Program-made: the position numbers and the translations under genes
Part shown: positions 12,883 through 25,575 of the stretch, piece by piece
Position numbering within the stretch: the stretch's first letter is position 1
Layout of the letters: each line of letters opens with the position of its first letter
Origin: Geosiphon pyriformis uo1
Taxonomy: Eukaryota > Fungi > Glomeromycota
Direction: 5' to 3'
NCBI GenBank assembly: GCA_016748015.1
Contig: JAAOMT010000672.1
Coordinates: forward strand, 443,094-507,093
DNA: 64,000 bases
Notes under the pieces: generated by a model
The model's database searches: none
What the model was told of the DNA's origin: nothing
The model's input: the letters and a program-made list of their open reading frames with translations, nothing else

Positions 12883-15443
12883 AAAGTAAGGCTATCGTGA
12901 TGCAACAGATATTATATTTTACTCGCTGTAGGAACAAAAGAAAAAACATTTTCAGTATAAAATTTCATTGTTAAATAGTTTCGAAATAATTGACTGAGAA
13001 AAAATATTATTAGAAAAATGAAGAATGAGAAATTAATGTGTATATATTTAAACAATAGTTCAATGCATTAAATAAATGAATCAATAAATTTTAGAGAGAT
13101 AAATAAAAAATACAAAACTAGATTTTTATATACTCTTTTCAATATATAAAAAATTTGGTTAAAGACAATCTTAAAAGCAAAGAGATAAAATCTATATTAG
13201 AGCCTTTCAATCCATTGAATATAGTGAAGTAAATTTTTTAAAATTTTTTCTCCCCTGAAAATATTTTTGATCCAATAATATGAACTTTTATTATTTTAAT
13301 TTAAATAATATTTCATGATTTTTATTGTAGATTTAAAAATAAGATTTAATAAATGAAACAATCAATATAAAAGATAAAAAATATTCAAAGTATTAAATGA
13401 AAGCACAAATAAAAATTAAACTTGTTGTATTTTCTAAAACCAATTATTTATTTAATAAATTTTAATATGATTAACAATCTAAAATCATTTTCAAATATTA
13501 ACATACAAATATGAAAAGAAAAAAAAATCTTGTTATTAAGATCATGTAATAAAAATTTGGAGAATTTTTTGTATAAATTAAATTTTCTATTTAAAAGTTC
13601 AATTTTATTTACATATTATATATATTTGTCAGGATTCAACACATTCTTGAAACATATATTTTTTTTTACATTTTTTGTCGACAATTGAATACGTATCCTT
13701 TTAAAAGCCAATTTTATGAAAATTTAGCTACCTCAATCTTTTTTTAAAAAGATGATATAACCATATATAGTTAAACGAATAATGATAAATAGGTTTAATT
13801 TTATTTAATTCTGGTTTTTAAATAAATATCAAAAAACGATAATTTCAAATTCTGATTACAAAAAAAGAAAATACAAAGATATTAAATTCATATCACAAAA
13901 AACAACAACAATATGAATGAGTTTTAAAAATCAAAAAAAAAGAAAAAGAAAATCATTTACTAACAATTAATAATTCAAAAATACGTACACCTATCCAAAT
14001 CACCAGTGTTCATAATTTAAAGTTAAAATTAGTAAATTTTTAAACTGCTTACTAGTCACCATAACACAAATAAACAAGTATAATTTTAATTATTAAATTT
14101 TAGTTAAAGTAAAAAAAAAAAACTAAATAAAACTTAAATTTAAAAATTGAATTGAATAAGATTTTTGTTAAGCTTTTTTTTTTATAATTTTAAAGTTTTG
14201 CATCTAATCTATTCAAAAGTCAAATCATCTTAAAAATTTATACTTTTTACTTATAATATCAACATGAATTTCAATTTAAAAAACTCATATTTTGGTAAAA
14301 AATATTTTCAAATAGGAAAAGTAATTAATATAAAAAATAATTCAAATAAAATAATTTATTATTTCTGTTTTTAGTATTTTTTAATCCGAGCTTCTTGAAA
14401 TCTAAACAAGAGCAAAGTTTTGCTGTTCTTGGTAAATGAAACTGTTTTAGTATTCTTTGTTTGTTTTTAAGGAGTTACGATTTTTAAAATTTTTTAATTC
14501 AATATTTAAAATTTTTACTATTTTTTCAAAAATCTATATCACGCGAGGGGGCGTATAACGCACACCTATTAATTCTTTCCAGTTTAGATCTTGCACGACT
14601 TTTAAGAAAATTCCCGTTTCTTTTATAGACTTTCAAACAAGTTGTTTAAAGATTATCATGCATAATTAGATGCTAACCTGATAATAACTTGACTAAAAAA
14701 CCTTTATTCCTCAAAGAATAAAACACTGCTCTCTTAAGACTTTTATAGTTTTATCCGTAGAGATTTTCATTATACTCTTTAAATGCGTTGTACCTATGAC
14801 GCATTCTATCAAAAGCAATTTATGAATAGTAAAAGTCTTTATCTAACTACCATAAAATAGTTTAAAACACTTTTGAGTAATCCATTAACAAAATTTTTAT
14901 CTAGCTATTGATTATTTTTACTTTTATTTTAATTATTATTTTAATTATTATTTCTTGTCATTTCACCTCATTCTGCAGTTTCTGAAACATAAGTATCAAC
15001 AAATAAAGTTAACTTTGGTTGAAAAACAAGATCTGGAAATGGGAATACCGGACTTTGTTTCCATTAAAAGCATGAGATTTCGGAGTTTTGTTAAATGAAC
15101 CCTGATTAATCTATAATAGATTGACAATTTATCAAATTAATAATTAGGTTTCAATATGTGGTCCAAAAATCTAGGAAACTGCAGAAAATAATGCCTTTTG
15201 GGGTAAATGATTATATTTTAAAAACACCGGCGTGCGAACGTTTAAAGCTTCTGACGACATTGAAGGAAAATTATTCATTCATAAACATTTTTGGGGTATT
15301 TCGTAATTGGTCATCAACGTTACATTAATTGTGGAAGAAATGTTTAAAAATAACTCAATCCTGAAAGATTTTTTTTCCATACATGCTTGATACTTTGAAT
15401 TCTTATTCAAATTATAGAATTCTTTTACAACTGCATATCCAAA

Positions 15444-17858
15444 ATGATTCTTATAATTTTTGTTTTTTTGTTTTTTTTGGCGGTTTTTCTTCTCAGCAGT
15501 CACAAAGAGCCAAGGCTCAAGGTAGCTATTAAAGTCTCAAAAATTTGAGTGAATTTCCTGAAATTAAAATTCTATAAAAATATTTCAATAAAACCTCAGA
15601 ATGAGCCACCATTTGTTCCTTACACAATTCCTATAATTGGTCATACTATTGATTTCTCGCTAAATCCTCATTCATTTTTGAGGAAATGCAAAAAAAAGGT
15701 ATGTCATCACAACTTTTAATCTTCACGATAAAATATTTTTGAATCAACTTACATTCTTGAAAATCTTTGTTTTAGTACGGAGAGATATTTACAATATATG
15801 TTTACGGTGAATTAATCACCGTAACTGGTGAGAAACACGCGTCGGATGTTTTTTTATCCCATGGGTTTTTTACAAACAAACTTGTCGATGAAGTGAGTTG
15901 ATAAAAAGTTTTTCCATATCACTGAATGTTTGGTTCAATTTTGAACGAATCTTTAACCTTTTAACTTTTAACTTTTCTTAAACTTTTTCAGTATTTACAA
16001 TTGAGCGATTTTTTAGGCTATGAAAAAAATGAAATTAATAAAGCGGCCTATGAACTAATGACAAATATAACACGACAATATTTTTATAAACCGAATGATT
16101 CCGAAATTTATGGAAACCGATTAGAAGCTATATTTAAAAAAAAAATCGATCTATTGATTGGGGATTGTAAAGGTTAGCTTAATAATAACAAAAAACTGAG
16201 ATTACTTTCTCAAAATCAACTTTTTTATATCAACAAATCGAAAATAACTTTTATTAATCATTTGGTTATTTTCAAGTCCCTAAAACAATTGAGCCAACAA
16301 AGGTATTTGAAGAGATTTTTTTTGAATCCACGTTAAATCTTTTCTATGGGATGGTAAGTAGCTGGTTAAATCTTTATTGCTGTTTATTTAAAGCAAACTT
16401 ATCGATTTTTTTAATTCATCTCGTTTCCATTAGGAAATATCTTCGTTAGACCCAGAATTGCTAAAAGTTTTAACAGACTTCTCTAAACCAAGTGGCATTG
16501 ATAAAGCAATTCCATATTATCTACGGCTCATAAATCCACGTCTCAGTAGATTTTGGTTTAAGTGAGTCATATTTATTTGACATGAATTGATAAAAAAAAA
16601 AATAGTTTCACTTTTCTAATTTCTCATGAAAAATCTTGTCAGCTGTATTCATAATCCAGGCAATAGGGCTAAAGAAGTTTTCATTCAGAAATTTAAACTC
16701 CTAATGTCGAAAAAATCAACTGAAAAAAGAGTATATTTCAAATCGGAAAGTTTTCTTTTAAAATTTCTCATTTTGATTAACTGTGATTCGATTCCTTTTT
16801 TTTTTTTTTTTTTGAAAAGGATGTGAATCTACTCGAGGCAATGATAAATTCCGAAGAAAAGTGCCCTGATTACGAAGTAATATCACATGCGATATTAACC
16901 CTTTTGGTCACAATTTGTTATTCTTCAGTTTTACATACGGTCAACATTTTACTAGGTTCGTATTTTCACGTTTTTGAATTTTATTGACTATTATTTGTGC
17001 GTTTCACATTTTCATCGGTATTAATTCTCTTTGGGCTGTAGATTTAGGAGGCAGAGAGTCATATTTGGAAGAACTATTCAAAGAACAAAAAAAGATTATT
17101 AGCACATATGGCCCAGATTTATCTCAAAATAATTGTTTGAAAATGGAAAAGTTGGATAGTTTTATAAAAGAATCGATGCGGCTGATAGGAGAAATATGTG
17201 AGTTTTGAGTTTGATTTTATGAAAAGAATTTGTTCTCGTTGCAATCATTGATAATTTATTCGTTGAGGAATTATTTTTAGTGGGCATTGATCATATACCT
17301 CAGCTCGAACCATTCACATTCAAAAATAAAATGCAAGTCCCAAAAGGTAGTACATATCATTTATTTTCGCTCGATAAAATTTTGAAATAGTTTCTGCAGT
17401 CAATTGAATGCTCCAAATGATTGAAGTTTCATCTTTGCTTATTCACACAGGACGAAGAATATCAGTAAATATGGTAGATGTTCATCACAATGTTGAAATA
17501 TATGGGGAAAATGCTGACAAATTTGACGGTTTTAGATTTGTCAATAAAAATTCCCTAACAACGTCAATTACAAGGGATTTTTTTATTTTTGGGGTTGGAA
17601 GGCATGCGTGTCCGGGGCGTTTTTTAGCCATACACACAATTAAGGTCAGTATTCTTTTTAAAATATTGAAACTTAAAATTTACTCAAATATTAAATTTTT
17701 TAAGGTTTTTATAGCAAAATATTGCATATATCATACGAAAGTACAAATTTACAACACTCTCAAAGGAAAGACCTCGAAACCACGTTTTCCTTGGAAGGGC
17801 ACAACCTCCCAACGAGCCTTTAGTATTTATAAATCGAGATTCTAATGAATATCAATAA
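15444..17858 (+). CDS. Cytochrome P450, multi-exon (roughly a dozen short exons)
   Basis: Signal anchor MILIIFVFLFFLAVFLLSS (ATG 15444); NEPPFVPYTIPIIGH proline hinge; ExxR (KESMR); meander KFDGFRF; heme motif FGVGRHACPGRFLA; last exon 17715-17858 (IIRKYKF...EYQ*); canonical GT-AG introns. Confidence 0.92.
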
Positions 17859-18213
17859 AACTGCTTGTAATGGGCGCTCTCCATCAAGATTACCTTAGAT
17901 TACATTTATGAGTTCACTTTCTTATTAACTTCAAGATACCACATGATATCAAAAGCTATCACATATATATATATAATCTGAACAAAATTTTATTTTTAAA
18001 AGCTCCTAATGCTAAATTTCTCAAATAATTATATTGTTATTATTATTAATAAATATTCCCATCTTTTGCACCATCTCAAGTTTCTGTTTAAATCACCCAT
18101 TGATTGGGCAAGGAAAGAATATTCAATTTGTAAGGAAATCGAATATATATTGACCAAGATACAATTCACGTTCTAGTACAGTATAAAGATCGACATCGCA
18201 ACTTACCAAATAT

Positions 18214-19089
18214 TCATCTTTTACATCCTTTAATAACTCGATCAATCAAGAAATTTAATCCTTTACCATCCCTCATTATTTCCAAAGACTCAATGGCAAC
18301 ATCTCTGCCGAAAATCTTTTCGCGTCTTTCAATCTCAAATATAAGACGCTGACGTCTTTCCAGTCGATGTCTGTTCGCAAATCTCCATTTTTGGCCATAA
18401 GCATTTAGTAGGCTTTTAATAGAAGGATTTCCACTCAATCCTGTGTACCATTCATGATAAGCTTCATTGACGCTATGAATTTCACCCAAGACTGGAAGAA
18501 TATAGAAGGGAATAAGCTGCTGGCTAGTCTGAGGAGGAGAACAAGTGTTCGTTTGGGATTCACTTGAGACCCAAGTATTTTGTGAGGCACTAATAGATGA
18601 TATTGGTCTTTGGGAGACCAGATAGGGAAATTTAGACTGTAATTGACTTGCTTCGTTCCATGGTAGTTTGAACCAATTTTCGGCGTTTACTTGTACTATT
18701 TCCCCTATTTCAGTTAAAATGTAATTATTTTCAGTTTCATTCCCAAGACTGCTGCCACTTTTACCATTCTCACCATTCAATATTTTTTCACTATCATTAT
18801 TCATTTCAAAGTTTGAATCATGATTGAATGATACTTCAAAGTTATTACGAATTTCATAAATTTTTTTTGAATCATACACAAATGGAGGGACTGTAAGATT
18901 GGGTTGATTGCTTTTATTATTAAAACCAAAGCTGATGGAGTCATCACTTATAGGGGGAACCTCAACCTCGCGGTGAGGCTTTCGAGCAATTTTGGGGCTA
19001 TTGGAGTGTTTTTTACTTTGAATAAAACTTGGTATTCTACGATGCCAACGGTAGAATTCTCGGAGGGAACCATCAGCTTCTCGTTGCAT
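18214..19089 (-). CDS. GCR1_C-domain (Gcr1/Msn1/Hot1-like) DNA-binding protein
   Basis: C-terminus IHSVNEAYHEWYTGLSGNPSIKSLLNAYGQKWR...RRQRLIFEI fits the GCR1_C pattern; low-complexity S/N-rich middle; 291-aa open frame. An upstream exon is possible. Confidence 0.8.
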   Translation of the reverse strand: MQREADGSLREFYRWHRRIPSFIQSKKHSNSPKIARKPHREVEVPPISDDSISFGFNNKSNQPNLTVPPFVYDSKKIYEIRNNFEVSFNHDSNFEMNNDSEKILNGENGKSGSSLGNETENNYILTEIGEIVQVNAENWFKLPWNEASQLQSKFPYLVSQRPISSISASQNTWVSSESQTNTCSPPQTSQQLIPFYILPVLGEIHSVNEAYHEWYTGLSGNPSIKSLLNAYGQKWRFANRHRLERRQRLIFEIERREKIFGRDVAIESLEIMRDGKGLNFLIDRVIKGCKR

Positions 19090-20354
19090 GCTTCTTGGGA
19101 ATATATAAAAATTAGATCAGGTAAAGAAAATAAGATATTTAATTTGAGAAGGCAATTGGTCCTGTCGTGAATAAAGTACAAGCTTTTGTGAGATTTTTAT
19201 TCGTCTTTGTGAAAGATAATTCAAATAAATAAGCAAGACTAATTAAAATTTTCTTTGAGGAAGCTTCCTCCTATTTATGCTAATTCGCTCCTCTAAAAAG
19301 ATTCCTCATCGCGACGTAATCGCATCAGCTTATCTCAGATCAAAAACCCTCGCTCTTTGATGTAATAATCAAAGATTTTTCACCGTGACATCATATATTA
19401 GGGTCTTTTAATCAGTTGGGTAACCTTTATAACATGTATATATGCGTCAAAAGAAAAGTTTAGATGTCAATTGTATTTAAAGCTTGACGATTTTTCAAAA
19501 AATGGGCAAGTTACATAATAAATTAGAATTAAAATAGCGAAATTTATTTTAAAAATTAATATTTCAATTTTTTTATCCTTGATTTTTTGTCATCTCAATT
19601 CATTTTTTATTTTATTCATTCTAATTATCAATTAATTAAATGCACAAGTTTATTGATAATATTATGGTTCATAATTGAATTTTTTACTTTTAAAATTTTT
19701 TCTAACCAAATATTTAGCATGTATCCGATACTCCTGAATAAATAAAAAGTGGCAGCTTTTTGTAAGTCATATCGTGAATTTAAGTCCGAATAATATTTCA
19801 CCCTTGGCTTTAACATTATTTTTATAGTCGTATTTTTCAAAAGTGGTTACATTTGCTTTTCCTCTTTGTGTGACCAACATTTTCTAAAATGTTTACCATG
19901 TTTCATCCTCGTCGACAAGTTTTTGAATTCAAAAGATCTTTAATCTGACTAAATTTCTTGAAAATCCACAATTAAAAAGTTTCAGTTACCACAAATTTTA
20001 CTTTTTAATTGCTTTATCAAAATACACCTTATGAAACGAAGTAAAATTACTTCATTTTGTTCTTGGTTCTTTGACAATACATTTCAATTCGAGTTTCATT
20101 AAATTTACCCATCTTTTTCTCCGTTTACTATTTATAGAAGAAAATGGTTCTGTATGAATATCTCAATACCTCTTTAACTTTTGGTCAACTAGAATTCGAC
20201 ATTTAATGTGATTGATGTTTTCAAAGTTTTTAGAGCAACCATTATTAGAACATATAATCCACTTAAAACACTTTCCGGAACTAAGAATTAAAATATTCAA
20301 TAGCCATCAAATATATAATGATTATCTTTCCATTCATCCACTCACTGAAACACT

Positions 20355-21447
20355 TTAATAATCAACTCGCCGTCTCTGTCCTCTCACCAAGAAAAAATCG
20401 AATGGATGTTCTTTACCTTCACTCTCCACCATATTAATATGGAACGCTTTCCTAATTTTGACATTTTCTAATAACCCAGTTTTCTCAAATGCTTCGACTA
20501 ACTCTCCTTCACTAAACCCTCCTGGGTATTTCACAGTATGGGAAGATTGATGATTATGGAATTTATATGAATAATCAGGATTGAGTGCCAAATCAACTAC
20601 AACAAGATGACCACCGGGTTTAAGATAACTGGCGAGAATCAGGGTGGCAGGTTGAATGTCAGGTAGATGGTGGTATGATGAGGCACACTTATTTAGGATA
20701 AAAGAAGTGGACATTAATTTTAGAATTCAAATACAACCTAATTCAAATGTATGAGAACTCACATACCACAATAACATCGAACTTTCGACCTTTTAAAGGA
20801 TCATTTTCTCTCGACATTACTACACCATTCTTAATTTCCGGGATTCCTATCTCAAACAAATCGACACATACAGCCTGCATCTCATTTGAGGATAGTCCTT
20901 GCTGCCAGCATTTTTGATTGTAAATTTCTGTCATCTTTTCTGACGTGTCAACACCAAGAATTGAGTGTACATATGGACATAGCTGTTGTGAAATTAAACC
21001 TGTAAATGAATGATTAATTATTAATAACCTCACAAAAAAAAATTCCCCATTTTTCGAAACTTGATTTTATACGAGATATCGCATACCTGTTCCAGAAGCA
21101 AAATCCAACAATTCAGTAGTATCTTCATCCAACTTTCCAATCACAACGTCAGGACCACTTAACCTCTCGCTGTCTACATCATGAATATGAGAGCAACCTC
21201 CGATAGTGCCTAAATTTCTTGCACTTTCCCCATCTTCACTATTGGTATTGATCAAATCTCGATTTTCCTCATAGATTCCAAATTCTTCCAGGATAGCTTG
21301 TGCACATCTTTGTGCCACCTTTTTACGTTCGACATTGTCATATGTATGAGCGGTGGTGTTGAAGTGTTGACGATTACGATCTGTTAAACTAGAAGCTATA
21401 TGGTCGGTTTCTGAAACTAGAACGGGTAACTCTTTAGATGAAGTCAT
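20355..21447 (-). CDS. Class I SAM-dependent methyltransferase, 3 exons (21447-21087, 20999-20767, 20687-20355)
   Basis: Motif I LLDFASGTG|LISQQL, ILGVDTSEKM, KFDVIV|CASSYHH, LKPGGHLVVVD; GT-AG introns 21086-21000 and 20766-20688 restore the frame. Confidence 0.92.
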
Positions 21448-22904
21448 GGAATTGATTGGGATTAATTTTGAAAGTAATGAGTAATTGTATTTATCATGAA
21501 ACTGAATTATTAATCACCATCATGTCCTCCCACTTACGTTTCTGTATCTCAAATAAGCCCAATCAGTGTAACAATCCAAAATGGGTGATCAGAATTGTTA
21601 TATATCGTTGTTTCTCTTTATAGTACCGCATATAACCAAAAATAAGAAACCTTATTTTCGAAAAAAAATTCTTATTCTATTATTTGAGATGCAATTTAAC
21701 GAATTAAAAATTAATAATCAAACATAGATATAGTAAAATTAAAAAAATAAAGATATTATTTTTAATAATAAATAATAAATAATAATAATAATAAATAGGT
21801 TTTTAAAAAAAATTAAAGGTTTCATATTTTTCAAACTTAATATTATTTTATAATTTTTTTCTAAACTAAAAGTTTCTTATACCTATTTTCTGTCATAAAC
21901 GATATATGACAAAAGTCAAACTATTTTCTACACTATAAAGAGAAATCCAAAAAAAAGATATCTCATCTTATAGTGAATTTATTATTATATTATATAATAT
22001 ACATTATATGTATATTTAGTAAAATTATCAATCAGTTAATATTATTTGATTCTATTTAGCTTTAAAGTTGATATTTACATTAACTTACCGTAAATATCTC
22101 ATTACGGGTGGCTGGTCATTTGTAGACAAAGCGTGATTCACGTTTACTTTTTTCAATTCTTCCAAAACATCTATTTGTTATTATTGATAGTTCTAATTCT
22201 TTAGAATTTTCGGATTTTTGAATTCTTTACTAGTCACTAATTTAAAATTTTTATTTGTTACAATTAAAGAATTTAAATTTTTTGATAATTATTTAATAAA
22301 GTTATATAAGTTTATTTTAATTTATTATTATTAGCAAGAGTAAAATTTACAGTGTATAATTATTGTTATTAGTTAAGATTTAAAAAAAAAGAAGTATCCT
22401 CGCACAATGCCAACAAATTTGAATTGTAATTCAGATTACAAATTTCTAAGCAATAACGGAGAATACAATTTCACTTGAAAGTCAAAAAATTAAACACAAG
22501 ATCTTTAGATTTTAAAAGCTTTATAAACTTTAATTGATGGCTTATAATGTCCATGCTGAGACCTCTTTCCATTATATTAACTTTTTATTGCAAATATGAT
22601 AATTTCCATTTTTATAACATATACTAACAAACTTACTTATGATAATTTTTTATTTTTTTAATTAAACAATATACATGAAAAATTACCAATATGTTAATAA
22701 CTTTTTAGTCAACCAACTATTTCAAAATTGGAGTATTATAAATTGTTTTTCTTACTTGCAAAATTGTGTACTGTTTTTTTAATAGTAAAAATAATATACT
22801 TGCATAAAAATTTTATAATATTATCAAGTCTGCTGTCATATATGCTAAAGCAAGAATAAAATTGTTAAATTATACAAAAATGCCAAAAACTTATTTCAAA
22901 AAAT

Positions 22905-23347
22905 TGTAAGGCAGTAATTAGTTATAACTATTTATACAGCATATGTTTATTATATAGCTAACCTTAACTTTATTGTTTTATAAAAGAAAAATGATTAAAA
23001 AATATATAAAAGTGTAAAATATTGATTATAAATTTAAACCAAAGTCAACCAATTAATTCAAATAAGTTAGAGTCAATATATTATTAATATATAAAATAAA
23101 TCTCAAGCAAATTTTAATTATTATTAAAGCCAAGAAAAGAATATTAAATGAAAAAGAAATATGGACTTTTATTATTTTGTGATAAAACAAAAAATTCTAA
23201 AAAGTATTTAAAACTAACAGATTAAAATAAGCTGATTAGTAAAAAGGTATTATTTTGGCTTTGAAATTGTTTAACTGTTAATTTCTGGTAAAAAATACTA
23301 TATTTAGTTAATATTGTATTTTTAAAAAGAAAATTTGGTGTCTTACA
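22905..23347. mobile_element. Possible degenerate solo LTR
   Basis: Begins TGTAAGGCA and ends TGTCTTACA (9-bp inverted termini, one transition), 443 bp, very AT-rich. No clean TSD. Confidence 0.35.
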
Positions 23348-23599
23348 ATAAATATAAGAAAAATTTTAAATCAAACAATATAGTTTCAAAAAAGGGAAAA
23401 CCAATATTGAATTGGATTTGAATATAAGAAAATGTTTTTTAAAATTTTAAAATTTTTTGTTTATATAGTAATTTTTCCTTAATTGCTAAAATGGAAGGGA
23501 TAAAAAATGCTTGTTGACCAAGTTGAAAAGAAGTAAGCTTTCTTCTGAAAATTTTAAGCTGCTTAATAACTTTTACTATCTAAAAAAGAAGTCATGCCA

Positions 23600-24055
23600 G
23601 TCATAATTTCTCACAGTATTAAAAAATTTGCCAACTTAAAGAATTGGATCTTTAGTAGCATGCTTTCTGCTGTCAAACAACTATTCTCAAGCTCATTGAG
23701 TGCCTTTTGAGAAATTCTAATGTCAAGCTTGTTAGAGCGAGCATATTCTCTTTTTGAAATTCTGTTTACCAGCTGCTCGAGATATCTTGAGTTGTTATTT
23801 GTACCAAGAATATAAGCCTGTATCACAGGAAGTTATTTCTGTTAATAAACCTTACGATTTCTGCTCTTGTTATTTGTAGTCAAGAACTAAGCAGAACCAG
23901 TAAAAAGAAGTGGTCAAAAACCACAATACTTCCAGTTTTTGGAAGTAAAAAGTTCCTGGAAAATATTGTGTTTGGGCTGTGTAGAAAAGGGTTATTTAAG
24001 TCAATTCTCAATGAGTAAGCAGAGAACTTGGTGAAAGTAGATGGAAAGAAGATAA
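23600..24055 (+). pseudogene. Frameshifted Cys-rich hypothetical protein resembling a repetitive MRE family
   Basis: Pieces across frames: CQAC*SEHILFLKFC; PYDFCSCYL/CSQELSRTSKK; VVKNHNTSSFW; EVKSSWKILCLGCVEKGYLSQFSMSKQRTW. Family resemblance is from recall, not a search. Confidence 0.5.
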
Positions 24056-24253
24056 TGTTTATGCAAGCAACAAATAATTTTTTTATTAAAAATAACTATT
24101 TCCCTATAAAAGACTAATAAAAAAAGCAGTAGCATTTATATTCTGCTTAAGATCCAGAAAAAACTATCCTTGCTCTTTGGAGGAAGGTGTTCAAATAGGG
24201 ATAAATCTATCCTCTTAAACAAAAATAAAATAATAATAATTACTTTTCTCTTA

Positions 24254-24615
24254 AAATCAATATTTCATAACCATTTTTGCAATTTCAACTCTTTCTTGCG
24301 GCGTCTTCATATATCTTTAATATCCTCAAGCTCGCTAATACCTTTACAAATCTTTTTAGTTGCTTTGGCTATCATTGGAGCGCCTGAATTTAGAGTGCCA
24401 GCAGATAAACCATCAACGGCAACACCAACAGTAAATTCTTGAAACCACTTTCCGACTTTTTTAACATCATCATCAGTAGCATGGCCAATAATTTCTGTTG
24501 TCGCACTAGCAGCAACTCCAACAACTGTCAATGAACCAGTTATAGCAACTGCTGGAGTAAAATTACTAGCCGTTAAAACCGCAGAACCAATTTTTTGGAG
24601 AAATTCTCCACGCAT
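24254..24615 (-). pseudogene. Small Gly/Ala/Thr-rich hydrophobic-helix protein, bacterial (MRE-like); probable frameshift near the C-terminus
   Basis: ORF 24615-24307 (MRGEFLQKIGSAVLTASNFTPAVAITGSLTVVGVAASA...); a shifted frame continues YMKTPQERVEIAKMVMKY*; no introns. Confidence 0.55.
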
Positions 24616-24823
24616 ATCGTCTCAAAAACTCATTTTTCTAAAAAAAAGCTTTTTTTTTAATAAAAAGGTATATTTATAAGAGTTATTTTTTGACCAAGCA
24701 GTCAGAGATATAAACACACCACAAATATTTTTTCATATATCAAACTCGTACCCTTTTTAACAATACTCTTTAATCAGTCTCATTAGTTTTCTATCAACAT
24801 TCAGTAGCTGCTAGTAATCTAGC

Positions 24824-25030
24824 AAACAAGAAAGTGATAAATCTAGCTTATATGACTATGAAGAAATCAGCACCAACAAAGGCTCGCAGCATACAATTAG
24901 GTCTTTGTCTAAACCTGAGTTTTATAAAACCCTAAAAAAAATCAGCCTGGCAGGAGGAGTGTTTTTGGACGATATTTTATAAATAAGCTTGACTGAGTAT
25001 CAGAAGAAGCGAAGTAAAAAAGAGAAAATG
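24824..25030 (+). pseudogene. Ribbon-helix-helix-like small DNA-binding protein remnant
   Basis: HTIRSLSKPEFYKTLKKISLAGGVFLDDIL*ISLTEYQKKRSKK: beta-alpha-alpha pattern with one internal TAA; next frame starts MSKQPT at 25028. Confidence 0.4.
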
Positions 25031-25257
25031 AGTAAACAACCAACTGACTCCCAAGTCAACCCAACAATCAGTTAGGGTTAACAAGCGACCACTTCCAGAA
25101 GACACACCCGGCCACCATTTCAGAGCAATAAAAGACGGAGAAACGATGATTAAAAATCTTGAGCATCCTTAGGAAGGAACACGTGAACTAGGCTATATTC
25201 AAAACCTTTTCAATTACTGATATTTAGGAAGACCTTTATGCTGTTTTGCTGGGATAT

Positions 25258-25575
25258 TCAGCAATCATAATTTGTTAAAGTCAAGGTAAGATGTAAAGCC
25301 TGCTCAATTTTCTTCATTATTTTTATATCCAATTCCCTTATCAATTGTGCATATCTGGTCGAAAAGAATAAATCTTATTTAATTGACTAGTTAAAGATAA
25401 GATAGTAATCAAAGGACTGAATTTGTTTTGTTCGTCATTAAAGATTACCAGCCCCGGATGTGTGCCTTGCAATTCACGAATATATTTTCTTTCTGATTTA
25501 TCAACAAAAAGGTAAATTTACTCAATAGACTTCTCGTTGACTATTATTATTTAACTCTTGGTTTCTTTGCAGCAT
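25258..25575 (-). pseudogene. mazF: PemK/MazF-family toxin (mRNA interferase) pseudogene
   Basis: MLQRNQELNNNSQREVY(TGA)VNLPF / VDKSERKYIRELQGTHPGLVIFNDEQNKFSPLITILSLTSQLNKIYSF / DQICTIDK / ELDIKIMKKIEQALHLTL. These are the collinear PemK hallmarks (RGEVYWV, RPxLVxSNDxxN, xxPLTS, DQIRTIDK, MxxIExAL); three frame breaks. Confidence 0.88.
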
